A stretch of 63,153 bases of DNA, counting the filler, from Stramenopiles sp. TOSAG23-3 (lineage: Eukaryota), in NCBI GenBank assembly GCA_900128585.1. It is 9 parts of 9 records of this genome, joined end to end, with 100 filler letters (N's around TTAATTAATTAA, not from the genome) between each part and the next. Parts side by side here need not be neighbours in the genome. Positions count along the whole stretch, not along the records: positions 1 to 9,627 come from LT642898.1; positions 9,728 to 19,348 come from LT642899.1; positions 19,449 to 29,056 come from LT642900.1; 6 more parts are not named here. The stretch is one strand, 5' to 3'. The notes beneath the pieces are model-generated. The model was not told where the DNA came from, did no database searches, and saw only the letters and a list, made by a program, of their open reading frames with translations. The position numbers and the translations under genes were made by a program. The stretch's first letter is position 1; every line of letters starts with the position of its first letter. This document shows positions 8,292 to 19,918 of this stretch, one piece after another.

Positions 8292-8528
8292 TTATAGTTT
8301 AAGTTCTTTAATTATATAAACAATGTAAAAATTATATCCAGATTTTGAAAAACAAAAGTTTCTTATCGTTTCTTTGGGGATATTAGTGTAATACAATTGC
8401 ATAACAAATTGATCCAACGTAGCCATTAAAATGTTTCTTGATCTTAAATATGAAGAGATAGGTGTTAATTCGTCCATTGCTTTGTCTAAATTAACAAAAT
8501 TAAAATCTATATGAACAATTAAATCCAT
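8292..8528 (-). CDS. Small hypothetical protein, paralog family member 3
   Basis: Tandem paralog of 8042-8266. Confidence 0.65.
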   Translation of the reverse strand: MDLIVHIDFNFVNLDKAMDELTPISSYLRSRNILMATLDQFVMQLYYTNIPKETIRNFCFSKSGYNFYIVYIIKELKL

Positions 8529-8587
8529 TCTTTATAGATACGTTGATGTAAATATATAAGTATATATTATTCTAAAAGATATATTAA

Positions 8588-8908
8588 ATGTTAGTTCAAT
8601 TAAAAGAAATGCTAAATAAAAATCCAGTGAAAATAACTTTCAATATACACAATAATAATCGAGAAGGCTTTTTATATAAAAGAAACAAACCGAGTCTTGG
8701 ACCGCTCGAAGTTATCGTATTTAGCTATATCCAAGTCGCTGGCAATGTGGGAAACTGCTTTGTGTGCCTATGCACGATCGACGGCAAAAAGTGTACCAGA
8801 AACATCCCGGAAATGCAGCTACGGGGTGAAATCAAGGCCGTCGGTATCATGAAGAACGTAACTCAACCGGTTCGTTTGCTGACAAGCCAATGGTTATTTC
8901 ATGGGTAG
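8588..8908 (+). CDS. Hypothetical protein
   Basis: 106-aa ORF after an AT-rich divergent promoter region. Its 3' end overlaps the convergent ORF by about 60 bp. Confidence 0.45.
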   Translation: MLVQLKEMLNKNPVKITFNIHNNNREGFLYKRNKPSLGPLEVIVFSYIQVAGNVGNCFVCLCTIDGKKCTRNIPEMQLRGEIKAVGIMKNVTQPVRLLTSQWLFHG

Positions 8909-9317
8909 GTTCTCTTCTGCAATATGCAAGGATGTCTTCGTAAAGGGACATCGCTAAGGCGTCGAATCGTGAACGGTATGGTCCCAACCGCTGCACGAAC
9001 AGGTCTTCGTCCATCGTCGCGATGAACACCCAACTTCTAACGTTGCACTTCAACTCCATAATATACACCGGCGGGTTATCAGACGTGTCAAGTTGGCGCA
9101 CGCAGCGGTGGATATACAGCAGCTGAATATTTCTTATTTTCGAGCGCCAGTTTTCCAAACGAAGAAAGTCCTTGACAAAATAGTCCCAGCGCGGCGACTC
9201 TAGGATGTCCAGCGAAGCACCCTCTTGCAAGACCCTGTCAACTTCATCGGTATCACCGTACAATAAAATGTCTTCTATAGACTCTTCGGTCGAAGAATCA
9301 GAAGAACTATCGTACAT
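8847..9317 (-). CDS. Hypothetical protein with an acidic/Ser-rich N-terminus
   Basis: 156-aa ORF starting 2 bp after the upstream stop. Confidence 0.6.
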   Translation of the reverse strand: MYDSSSDSSTEESIEDILLYGDTDEVDRVLQEGASLDILESPRWDYFVKDFLRLENWRSKIRNIQLLYIHRCVRQLDTSDNPPVYIMELKCNVRSWVFIATMDEDLFVQRLGPYRSRFDALAMSLYEDILAYCRREPTHEITIGLSANEPVELRSS

Positions 9318-9319
9318 AC

Positions 9320-9627
9320 CTACAAGACGATTCTGACCGGCTTATATACATAGCAACTCTTCCTGTCCGCCGAGTAGTCTCTCAATGGATAATACCGCTT
9401 AACTAGTTCCCATTTTATCCGTACACCATCGTACTGGAACCAGCAGTGTTCTGGAAGATGTTCAGACGGTTTAAACGCTTCACAAGAAAGTTCCAACAGC
9501 CCGTCCTTGGCTTTAATATCGTGGTATTGCTTCGGCAAGAAGTACAAACCGGTTTTCATATCCCTCCCGAGGCATTTGTCTAGTATTGTTTTACCATCCG
9601 TGAGCGTTACGAGGTGTTTTGAGGGAC
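9320..9627 (-). CDS. Hypothetical protein, probably 5'-truncated by the contig end
   Basis: The frame of 9320-9559 stays open to the contig end (PSKHLVTLTDGKTILDKCLGRD-MKTGLY...). Confidence 0.55.
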
Positions 9628-9727
9628 NNNNNNNNNNNNNNNNNNNNNNNNNNNNNNNNNNNNNNNNNNNNTTAATTAATTAANNNNNNNNNNNNNNNNN
9701 NNNNNNNNNNNNNNNNNNNNNNNNNNN
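9628..9727. other. Artificial contig linker N44-TTAATTAATTAA-N44; also at 19349-19448, 29057-29156, 38762-38861, 48466-48565, 58170-58269, 59833-59932 and 61494-61593
   Basis: Identical 100-bp spacer with six-frame stops occurs eight times. Confidence 0.99.
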
Positions 9728-10294
9728 TGAGAATGAAAGAAAGAATTGAAATGTGTTGGGGGGGTTATAATACTAAACCCTAACTTAATCCAGAAAAGAA
9801 TGAATGCAATGCTCTTTCCCTTTTCTAATATTTTTGAATCCCTTACTATTCAATACTATTTCTATTTCTATTTTATATAAATTAAGTATTAGAGATACAA
9901 TATATTAGTATACAAAAAGTACAAATTAGAAAATCCTTCGGTTCGAATCGATTCGAATCGATCCCTTTGCTGTTCTTATGACAAACTATTTCCCTGTATA
10001 ATTTTCCGTTAATGGTTTTCGATTCATCAGTTTCCCCCTTCCTATCTCCTTGGTCTTTTAAAAAATTTAAATTTAAAAAAAAAGAAAACTCGATCACATT
10101 TCATGTATTAAAGTATAGTAATTTAAGTGATTTTTATGAGATTGATATTTAAAGAAAAGAGATTAGTTTGTAATACATTAGTCTTAGTTTATGTTTTAAC
10201 CTATTTAAGAGATAGAAGTGTTGAAATTGTATAAAATAGAAAACTAATCTTTCCTTATAAAAGCTATGTTAAATAATCTTCAACAAATCGAAGA

Positions 10295-10327
10295 ATCAAA
10301 AAAGAGAAAAAAACAAAAAAAACAAAA

Positions 10328-10363
<36 letters not shown>

Positions 10364-10447
10364 AGAGTGGAAAGAAAGAGTCGAAAGAAAGAAAGAAAGA
10401 GTCGAAAGAAAGAAAGAGTCGAAAGAAAGAAAGAAAGAAAGAAAGAA

Positions 10448-10479
<32 letters not shown>

Positions 10480-10508
10480 AAAGAAAGAAAAAGAAAAAAA
10501 AAAGAAGA
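10295..10508. repeat. (GAAA)n purine-rich microsatellite
   Basis: Directly visible. Confidence 0.95.
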
Positions 10509-11408
10509 TTTGAGATGAAAACGGTTTCGATGGTATCTTCATATATTTTAGCGAATTGATATTTTAATTAAGAAGAAATATAAAGATAAAAGAAATAACA
10601 ATTAAACAGAAACACTTCAGGAAAATAAAGAAAATAAGAATAAATTAAACAAGTATTAAGTATAATAAACATGTAGTGTATATGTTTTAATTATATTAAG
10701 ATATAAATAACGTTACAATAATATGCCTAGAAACAAAATATAATTTATATGTACATACAAACAGCATATGTATTATTATACTTTTGAAGTCCTTACGTTT
10801 TCAATAGGTTCAATTGTAATTAATATTAAGTACATATTTCCTTAATCTACAAATTGGCGCTAAACTAAACCGCGAAATGACAAGCTACACTTACAACAGT
10901 TACAATGATATAGAAATAATGAGAAAACCGCGCATTACGAAAACCAACAACAAAAAAGACGATGGTTTCGTTCTAGTTCCCTTTGCTTTGTCCCTGTTAA
11001 ATGTTCAATTCCTTGCTTTGATATTTCAGGACATGGATGGAGAGAACGAAGTTTACCTATCAAAGTTATAGAATTTCTGGAATTTGGAATTCTTTAATAT
11101 AACAATAACAAAGGAATTTCAACCAGGGTGAATTGAATTGTATAAATGTACTTGAAAGAAAGAAATACATATTCTTAAAAATCAAATCGAACAAGGATTT
11201 TCAACCTGTTTTTTGGCTTGTAAGAAGTAAAGTAACACGTTCGTTCCCGATTCAGAAGTATAAATCTACGGGGATTCAACAAGAAACGTACCAACGCATC
11301 GCACAAACATTCCAACTTCGGCCAAAGAAACACGCTCATTCATTCATCCATAAATACATTTACGTTCGTTTGCAACAGAAAAAACTATCCTCCTTCCTTC
11401 CAAACACC

Positions 11409-12356
11409 ATGATTGTGATCTGCCTTGAGGGTTCCCACGGGTCTGGAAAGTCCACTATATGCGAAGAGTTCGAGGCTGCCGATTTTTGGGTCCTTGACGA
11501 AGGGTTTATGAGCATGCCAGAGTATTCTCTCCACCCGCAGTCCTTGCTGATGGAGACGACCTGGGTGTGCTCCTGGTTTGGTAGGCTGTTGAAGAAACAG
11601 GCAGAGTTGAATAGTTCGGGCTGCTCCGATGCCGCGCAGCAGATATTTTTTGCCGACCGTTCCCCGTTCAGCGCCGTCTTTTACAGCCGACGGGCCGGGG
11701 AGCTGTTGACCCCCCTGATCCAGCAGCAGATCAAAGAAGTCCGCGAGGCCGCAGGTATAGAAATATACACGGTGTACATGAGCGTCGAGAAGGAGCTCTT
11801 GTGGTCTCGCATCCAGGACCGCCTCAGCCGCGAGCCCGAGCGAAAGAAGTACGACGAGGACAAGCGGGCGTGGATGGAGAAGACCGTGGACTTCTACGAC
11901 AACTTCACGTGGGACTTGACCGTCACCAACAACCACACCACCATGCCAGAGCTCATGCGGGACATCCTGTGCCGCCTGTCACTCCGGTCCGAGCGCTTGA
12001 AGGCAATCATGTGCGACGATGAGAGGCCAGGGCGGGAGTATTTCAGGGAACGCCTGGGATCGGACGACGTCGTCACCCCCCCGACCACCCCACAAGAGGA
12101 AGACAAGAAAATGCTCGGGGACGAGGTCGAGTCCCTGAAAGCCGCCGCTGCCTCGCTTGCCAAAGCAGTGCTGCAAACCCCAAAGTTCGCAAGGAAGGAG
12201 AACCTAGGCGACCACGCCAAACTACTGGCCGTAGGAAAGTCCAAAGTCACCACGGCTGCGTTTCCAAGCGCTGACGTTTCCGACATCACGGCGGAAGTTT
12301 TGAACTCAGCCAAACAGACCGATACGGAGGAAGCCCTTCGCTTAGCCTCTCCATAA
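11409..12356 (+). CDS. P-loop kinase of the deoxynucleoside/thymidylate kinase-like family
   Basis: ICLEGSHGSGKST Walker A; FFADRSPFS motif; lid-like RIQDRLSREPER. Confidence 0.75.
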   Translation: MIVICLEGSHGSGKSTICEEFEAADFWVLDEGFMSMPEYSLHPQSLLMETTWVCSWFGRLLKKQAELNSSGCSDAAQQIFFADRSPFSAVFYSRRAGELLTPLIQQQIKEVREAAGIEIYTVYMSVEKELLWSRIQDRLSREPERKKYDEDKRAWMEKTVDFYDNFTWDLTVTNNHTTMPELMRDILCRLSLRSERLKAIMCDDERPGREYFRERLGSDDVVTPPTTPQEEDKKMLGDEVESLKAAAASLAKAVLQTPKFARKENLGDHAKLLAVGKSKVTTAAFPSADVSDITAEVLNSAKQTDTEEALRLASP

Positions 12357-12747
12357 GAGTGGGGACGAGTGGACCCGCTGGGAGGGACGTTCCCATTCGT
12401 TTTGGGCGTGTGCTGAAGGGTGCCTTTTGTCATCTTGACGATAGCTTGAGAGCACTAGGAGGTGGGTGTGGGGGTGTGTGGGGGGGGGGGGGCATGAAGT
12501 TGCTGATCTGGGTTGGTTGGGGGCATTTTGTAGATGCCACTAACTGTTACGTAGGTTTTTCTAATTTACCACGCATCATTTAGGATCAGTACTCTTCTTT
12601 ACCCGGTTGAGAAATGACCGAGAGAGGAGAGGGAGAGAAATTAAAACACATTTATGTTTTTATAATTCATAGCCAATAAGTTAAGCTTACGACTTAAGTT
12701 TTTACAGTTTTTAAAAGTCACGGTGTACTCCGAATACCTCCCCAGGC

Positions 12748-15700
12748 TCAGCGATGCTTGCGCTTGGACTTGGGCTTCAACCCTTTCCCTCTCTTCTTCT
12801 TTTTTGAACCCGACGATTTCGTGGCGCTCGTCTTTTTCGACTTCGGGGCACTGTCGGGCGGCGTCTCGTTCATGGCATCGTACTCGTCTGGCGTCATCAA
12901 GACGACGTCGCCGTTCGCGGTGTGCCTGCCCGCCCCGTCTTCTTGCTCTTTTAAGTTGGCGTGCAAATTATCGCGAGCAGCCTCGTCTTCAAAGCGTTGC
13001 CGGAGCTCCGACCTTCGGCCTTCCGACAACGAGATGTTTTCGGGCACATCGATGTATTGCTGAAGGCTGGGCGTTTCGTTTGGCAACTTCAAAGTCCCCA
13101 TGTCCACAAAACCATCCTCGCCGGCATCGTTCGAGTCTACGCCTTGGCCTATTCCCGCTTCGCGGAACTGTTCGTTCAAGACCCGCTTTACGATGGCGGC
13201 CGCCTGCGGGCTGCGCTCTAGATTGTCCGTGCGGCTCATGCGGGTGAGGGATTTGCTCCCCTCGGCCTGGGACGCAAAATCGGTCCCGTCCGACTCCTCC
13301 CCCCCGTCGTCCGTGGAAGAAAAATCAGTGGAACGGGGCGTTCGGTTTGCCGTCGAACGAGCAAAATTCGCGCTCTCGCCAGACAACCGGGTGCGGCGCT
13401 CTTCTTCCAAGGCCCGAAGGTCTTTCTGCTTCTGCTCTACGAGCCGGTCGACGGCCTCGTTGTACCCTTGCTCACCAATCTTGCCCCGCAGTTCGTCGAG
13501 CTCGCTCAAGTCCTTGGTGTACGAAGCTTCCAGCTGACGGACGATGTTGTGAAACACTAGCTCGTCGTACAAAATGTCCGATATGTCCTGAATCAGCTCG
13601 TCTTTGTGGACGGGGGCGTTCAGACCCTCGTACTTGGTAAACGATTTTTCGATCGACTTCTTCAGCTGGGGGTCCAGCAAGGGCCCAGTGCGCGACAAAG
13701 ACCCCGGCCCCGACCACTTCGGCGGCGCTTGGCGGTTCCTGAACAGGGAATCGTGCTGGGCGCGCACTTCCCGCAAAATGCTACTTCGCACGCGCATCAG
13801 GGTGGCGCGGGTCATGGTCCCTTCTCCTAGGGAATCGACAACTTCCGGCAGCTTCTTTCGAACCGTCCGGACAATCTGTTCGTACTTGGACAAATTCTTC
13901 TCTTGCCAGCGGGCTTTGGTTTTCACACTCGGCACGACGTGGTGCTTCTCTGCCCCGTCCTGGTGCCAACCGTTCTCGCCGTTCCCGTCAATTTCAAACA
14001 AGTCAACCTGGTCTTCGTCGTCGCTCCCCATTCCCATGTCCACACTGCTCGGGTTTCTGGACGGGACACTGCTGCTCCTCCAATCGTCGGCGTTTTCCTC
14101 CAGTTCGCTAACGTCGTACTCGTCGTCCGATGGATCCGGGCTGCTGCCCTCGGCGCTGGACGACGCCAGCGCCATACTATTTCTGCCCTTTAGGTCGTGG
14201 TCCAACTCCGTTGCAACGGACGAGGCCACACTCGCTCGAACATTTTCCACGTAATCGAATGGCATATTTCGAGGAAAATTCTCTTTCTTCTTTCCGGGGG
14301 CGGTGTCCTGCCGCTTCTTCTTCGCATAGCGCATGTTGGGCGACTTGCTCCTTGTGGGGGACAACGGAAACTTCGACCGTGGGTTCGGAGACATTGTTGG
14401 TGCCAATTCCATCTGCTGCACAAAATGGTGCTGGGATTTTCCCATGTCGTCTTCGTCGCTGCTGTCTTCGTCGGCCACGTTGTTTTTCGACTCCGCACCA
14501 CGGCGGCTAGTGTTGCGCTGCTGAGACGGGCGTATGGAGCCGGGGCTCAGGCGACCGTTGGTTGACATTGGGCTATGGTGGCTCCGGATAGAGATGGGAC
14601 TGCCTCGCGGGGGACTGGCATTTCGAGAAGAATTGTGTATCGGGGCGTTCAACACCCGGTCTTGAAGGGTGTTGCCAAGGCCAGGCCCCCCCGTCGTTCT
14701 GGCTCTCGGCAAAAAATCGCAGGCATTTCATCCGAAACGAATCGTCGTACGTTGGCGACCGTCTCAGCTCGCGCAAAAGTAGAATCACAAAGTCCATGTG
14801 GCCATCGCTGCGACTAACAATGTTGTCCAACTCTAGGTGCAGCGTACTGTTCGGTGAGAAGGAACCGGTGCGATCAGTAGCGGCGGCGCTTGCCCGTTCG
14901 TTCTGTTCGAACAACTTCAAAATCAGGGCAGAGGACAGCATTCGAAGCCGTCCGTAAGCGTTTGGGGACTCATCTAACCCCGCCTCAGCATCGAACAGCT
15001 GTTCCAATGCGACCGATCGTTCGTTGTTCGACCCCAAAGAGGCAAAGTACGCCAACGCGTTATCGGCTATGTGCTCGGCCAACGCGCCGTCGGCCCTGGT
15101 CTCCGCTTCATCAAAGTTTTGCTGGGTATCGAACATTTTTGGGCCATCGTTGCCTTCTTCAAACGATTCCATTTCCACCTGGTAGCCAGGTGCGACCGAT
15201 GCGTCGTTCCTCATCCTCTTTCTGGACGGGGACACGTAGTCCATGAACGCTTCCGGGGAAGGCCGTGGCGTGCGCCGAGACGTTTTCGGTCGGTTGCTGT
15301 TGCTGCCAGGTGGGCTTGCATCGTTGTGAATCGTTGCTTGCTCAACGGTATATTTCGCAGTCTGCGCCTCTGTCAGTGGGGGCGCCGCTCGTACAGATTG
15401 CGGCATGTAGTCCGTGTACTCCTCTGGGGTCGGTTTAGGAACCCGCCTCGACGTCTTTGGGCGTGGGCTATTTACATCAAAGTCGTCCATAGGCCGCGGA
15501 GGCCTCGCCGGCGATTCGGAGTCCTTTTGAGGACTACTTTGCTTGTTGTTCGGGGCCACCCCCACAGGATTCTGCACACTGTTGGCCATTTGGCTTATGC
15601 CGCTGATTGCGTTCCTCAAGCTTGAAAATTCTTCACGCATTTGGGCAACGGCCTGCTCGTCGCTGGCGCTGTCGGCAGCGCCCGACACGTTCTCTACGCG

Positions 15701-18700
15701 ATCACGGAGAGACATAAGCATGGTCTGAAGCCGCTGCAGTTCTCCTAATTTTGAAGTTAACGTCTGCGCTTCTGCCCCCGAGAGGCCTAACTTTTGAATG
15801 TTCTGCTGCATGGCCTCCAGATCCGTTTTTCCATTTTCAAAGTTTGCAAGCGCATTGTGCTGCTGTTGCTGAAGAGCCGCTATTTGATTCCCCCGCGCAT
15901 CATCTTCGTCCTGCATCACTTTCTGCAACCCCTCAATCTTCTGCAGCATTTCCTGACCCCTGTCGGACTTCACAATTTCTTGAAACTCTTCATCGCTGAG
16001 CTCTATGCCTCTCACCCTTAAGATTGCTCTCAAGCGGTCTTCTGACCCCAACGATTTTGCAGAGTCGTCTCCCGCGCCCGCAGCTGCGTCTGCCTGCGGC
16101 GAATCGTTTACGTCGGCATCTAACGTACTCTGCAACGCCGTCAGTTGCGACTTCATAATATTGAGTTTGCTGAACTTTTTGAGCATATCACGCCCTTCTT
16201 CTGAATTTTGCAGTTCTGCCTGCTGCTCCTCCGAGAGCTCTAGACCGTCAGTCAAGTTCTTGTTTTCTTCGATGTAAGCCGACAGCAGCTTCCGCCCTTT
16301 GTCCGACGCGAGCAATTCTCTGAACCCGTCATCGTCCAGTTGGATGCCTTTTGACTCCAGAACTTCTCGAAAATTTTGAACGATGGGAACGTTTTCAAGG
16401 GCGTCGACTTGTTGAGATTTTAAGCTCCGCATGTTGCCGACGAGACGCTGCCCGTGCTCGGATTTTGCTAACTCCTCCACGTCTTCGTCGGACGCTTCGA
16501 TTCCCTTTTCCTTTAGGATCTCCTTTATGAACCGAACGCTCTCGTTGGTCGCAGTGGGTGGGCCCGGGGCACTGGCTGGTTCCGCGGAGGGGGCTTGCGG
16601 TTGCGACGTCTGTTCCAAGAGCGCCAGCAATCGTTTCCCCATTTCTGTCTTCGAGACTTCAATGACCTGTTCGTCGGTGGGCGCATGACCCTGTGCCACC
16701 AAACGGTCTTTCAGCAGCTGCAGTTGGGGAGAGAGCGTGGGCATAGCTGTGGAGACGCCGGCAGGCTGCTGCCCTCCCGAACCTGCAGGATGGGCTTGGT
16801 TTATCATCGCTAGAATCTGCTGCCCTTGAGGGGTTTGGGCAATACCCAGCACCTCTTCGTCCGATAGATCGTACCCTTTTTGCTGCAGAATGCCTTTCAA
16901 CTGCTGGACTTCCGTCGATAGAGATATGGGTTCTCTCCCCCCCCCCCGCCTTTGCGTCGCGGACCAATGCCAACATCTGCTTGCCTTGTTCTGTTTGCGT
17001 GATTGCTGTAAGCTCCTCGTCCGAGAGATCGTAGCCTCGGCTCTTCAAAACCGCTCGAAGTTCTTCGACGTCGGATTTCGGTGCGGTGCCTTCGTCTGCT
17101 GGGCTACCGTTGTTTTCCAGCTGTTCGACCAAATGAATTTGGCTCAGCAGCTGCTTTCCTCGTTCGCTTTGGGCAAACTCGCTCAGCTCCTCCTCGGGCA
17201 AAGTGACCCCGCGAGCAGCAAAAACTGCACGCAAGCGTTCTTTGGGGCTCTGTTGTTCAGCGCCGGGAACGGTCGCTTCCGGTTCCGGTGACGCTTCGGA
17301 GGTCTGGTTGTTTTCCGGGGTTGCGTTGCTCGAATCATTGCCACCCCCCTCTTGGTTGCTGTTCGTCTGTTCTTCTTCGATCACCAAGACCTGTTCCAAG
17401 AGCTGCTGGCCTTTCTCTGTCTGGATAAACTCCAGCATTTGCGCTTGGTCCAGTTGCAGCCCGCGTTCACCCAGCATGACTTGAAGTTTCTGGATCGCCT
17501 CTGCCCGTTGTTCCAAGGTTTCCACGTTCTCCAACAGCTCTTTCCCCCTCTCTGACTTTACAAACTCGTCGAGCTCCGAGGAAGACAGGGCCATCCCCCG
17601 GCCTGCCAGCACTTTCAACAGCCGCTCTTTCCGATTCCCCACCGTCGCATCATCCCGGGGTCCCGCACCTTGGTTCAAAGTGGTCATGACATTTTGCATT
17701 TGGGCCTTCCCTTTATCAGATTCTGCAAATACTTCAAACTCTTCGTCGGTAAAGTTCATGCCCCGAGAACGCATTTCTTTCTTCATGCCTTCTTTCAGGG
17801 ACTCGTTGTCGGAGACCGCCCCGGCGTTGGTCGCGCTCGCCGAGGCTTGTGCCGTGTTCATCCCCTCGATCTCTTCCGCGCCAAACCCTTCCAGCCTGTC
17901 AATTAAATTCTTGCCCTCAGGAGACTGAAGGAGCATTAACAGTTTATCGTCCGGCAGCGAGATGCCTTCTTTCTCCAGCAAACCGCGCATTAGGGCCACC
18001 TTTCGAGGGGAAAACTGGGCCGAGGGCCCTTCCGTGCTGCTGGTCGGGGCTGCCCCCGACCCATCGACTTGGGCGGCTGCCGCCTCATTGGCCTTCTCGG
18101 TTTTTTCCAATTCCATCAGTTTTTTCAGCAAGGTCTGCCCGCGGGGGGTCATCATGATTTGCAGAAAGGCGTCGTCAGAGACGTCCATCCCTTGCTCCCG
18201 TAGCATATTTTTCAGGCGCAGGATGGCTTCGGGGGACGGCTTGATCCCGCCGTGGCCTTCTTTCGGCAGCTGCTCCCCCGCGTGGCCTTCTTTTGGCTGT
18301 CCCGCTGGCTGCCCCGCCCGTAGATTTTCAATCTGCTGGATTTTTTCCAAAAGGTGCTTTCCTTCGTCCGACTGAAGGATTTCTATGAGCTGCGTTTCGG
18401 TGATTTCTTCCCCAGCGCTCGAGAGATGGTTTCGCAAGATCGTCAAGGTTTCTCTGGGGATGCTGTCCGTGACCTGGCTCGCGCTGGGTGGCCGGCCTGT
18501 TTCTTGCCCCAGCGCGCCTTGCACCATCCCCTTCATCTGCTCGACCAGTTTCTTTCCGTAATCGGACTGAATCACGCCCTCGAACTCTTCATCGCTTACG
18601 TTGATGCCTTGCGCCGCCATTGCCTCCCTTACTTTCTGTTTGACCAACCGGTCCATCATCGTGGCCTTGGCGGCTTCGTCCAGGTTGTCCATGTTCTCTG

Positions 18701-19348
18701 GTAGCGATGCAAGTTCCCCGGGCGTGTCTTGGTGAGACTCCGACAATGTTTGAAGCGCATCGAGCCCCCCCTCTGTTTGTTCCACAACTTGCATTTTGCC
18801 CAAGAGGGCCTTTCCGCGCGGGGTCTGCAGCAGCTCCGCCATCTCTACGTCGCTAAGCTCCAGGCCTTGCTGCTTTAGGATGATCCGCAGGTGCTCGATG
18901 GTCGCGTCGGACGCGGAAGGCTCTTGGTCTTTCTCTCTGCCTGGGGTCTGCACTTCTCGCACCGACACCCCGGGCATCGCTCTTTGCGGGGATCCGCCCG
19001 CCCCAGCCCCGGCTTGATTGTCCGCATCCGGCTCTCTGCCACTCTGCCCCAGCTTTTCCTGGAGCATTGCGGCCTGTGCCCTCATGTTGTCCCCAGCCTT
19101 GTGCTGCTCTTCCAGGACCTTTTTCTGCGCCGTGATCGTGTTCTGCAAGAACTCCATCTGGCGTATGCCTTCAATCATTTCTTTTCCTTCTTCCGTCTGG
19201 ATCAGCTGCCTGAACTCTTCTTCGTTCAAGTCTAGGCCACGCTCACGGAACAGCGTCCGCAGGCGGTCCATGTCGTCGGCATCGCCCTCCCCCCCCCCTT
19301 CTCTCTCAGATCTTTTGTCGCAAATTGAGAGCCTACACCAGAAGTGAT
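12748..19348 (-). CDS. Giant (>2100 aa) PCM1-like protein with ~17 copies of a ~35-aa helical repeat; split by frameshifts at C/G runs; probably 5'-truncated
   Basis: ORFs 16659-19271, 14573-16900 and 12748-14712 join at C runs 16937-16947 and 14686-14692. Segments LHLELDNIVSRSDGHMDFVILLLREL and ELIQDISDILYDELVFHNIVRQLE resemble the PCM1 C-terminal domain. Confidence 0.65.
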
Positions 19349-19448
19349 NNNNNNNNNNNNNNNNNNNNNNNNNNNNNNNNNNNNNNNNNNNNTTAATTAA
19401 TTAANNNNNNNNNNNNNNNNNNNNNNNNNNNNNNNNNNNNNNNNNNNN

Positions 19449-19918
19449 GCCCTCAAAGCACTTTTGGCCGGCTCATAAAACTCGGACAAAGACGAGAGCT
19501 GTACAATAAACCGTAACCGTTGACCCATGCAGTCTCCTTTACCCCATTCTTCTTCGAAATAAGACGGCAAGTACGGGAGCTTGTGCGAACCGTTTCCGGT
19601 TAAACTCCCCGCATCATCAATAATTATACAAACATTCTTTTCAGTGGCACCCAGGGCATTTTGAATCGCAAGTCTAAAATTTTTCTGCACTTCTTCGTCA
19701 ATGGATTGGGCATTCTTGCACAACTTCACCTCACCACCGCGCTCAGTTGTGCCATGGTTTAATTGCTTTGTTAAATGTCGAAGTGCTTGGTGCATCGCTA
19801 ATGAATTGGGACATGCATAGGGAAAATGATATGCCACAATTGGAGAACCCTCCTGGCTCTTGTTCAACAAAATATCAAGCGTTTTAGCAAGTAGTGTCGT
19901 GCTCCCACTACCCGGAAC
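19449..19918 (-). CDS. NACHT/STAND-like NTPase fragment (N-terminal part)
   Basis: Degenerate P-loop PGSGSTTLLAK, VAYHF, Walker B VCIIIDDA, and LP...LRFIV. Confidence 0.6.

Larger units (their letters stand above)
1..9627. mobile_element. Partial dsDNA virus or Polinton-like virus/virophage-related element (endogenous or co-assembled)
   Basis: Contains an SSB and a TVpol-SF3 helicase fusion plus densely packed, short, intronless ORFs unlike the genes of the other contigs. No capsid, packaging ATPase or integrase is recognisable in the window. Confidence 0.75.

Noticed and set aside
9628-9727. TTAATTAATTAA as a biological repeat or piggyBac-like TTAA site
   Set aside because: It is always centred in N runs, so it is an artificial linker. 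Gene adjacency across linkers carries no meaning.
10264-10559. K/E/R-rich and F/S-rich ORFs; likewise 33724-34510 and 38806-39066
   Set aside because: They are translations of GAAA or GAA microsatellites.
12723-19347. Many plus-strand ORFs opposite the PCM1-like gene, and similar antisense ORFs over other long genes
   Set aside because: Shadow ORFs of GC-rich coding sequence without domain signatures.
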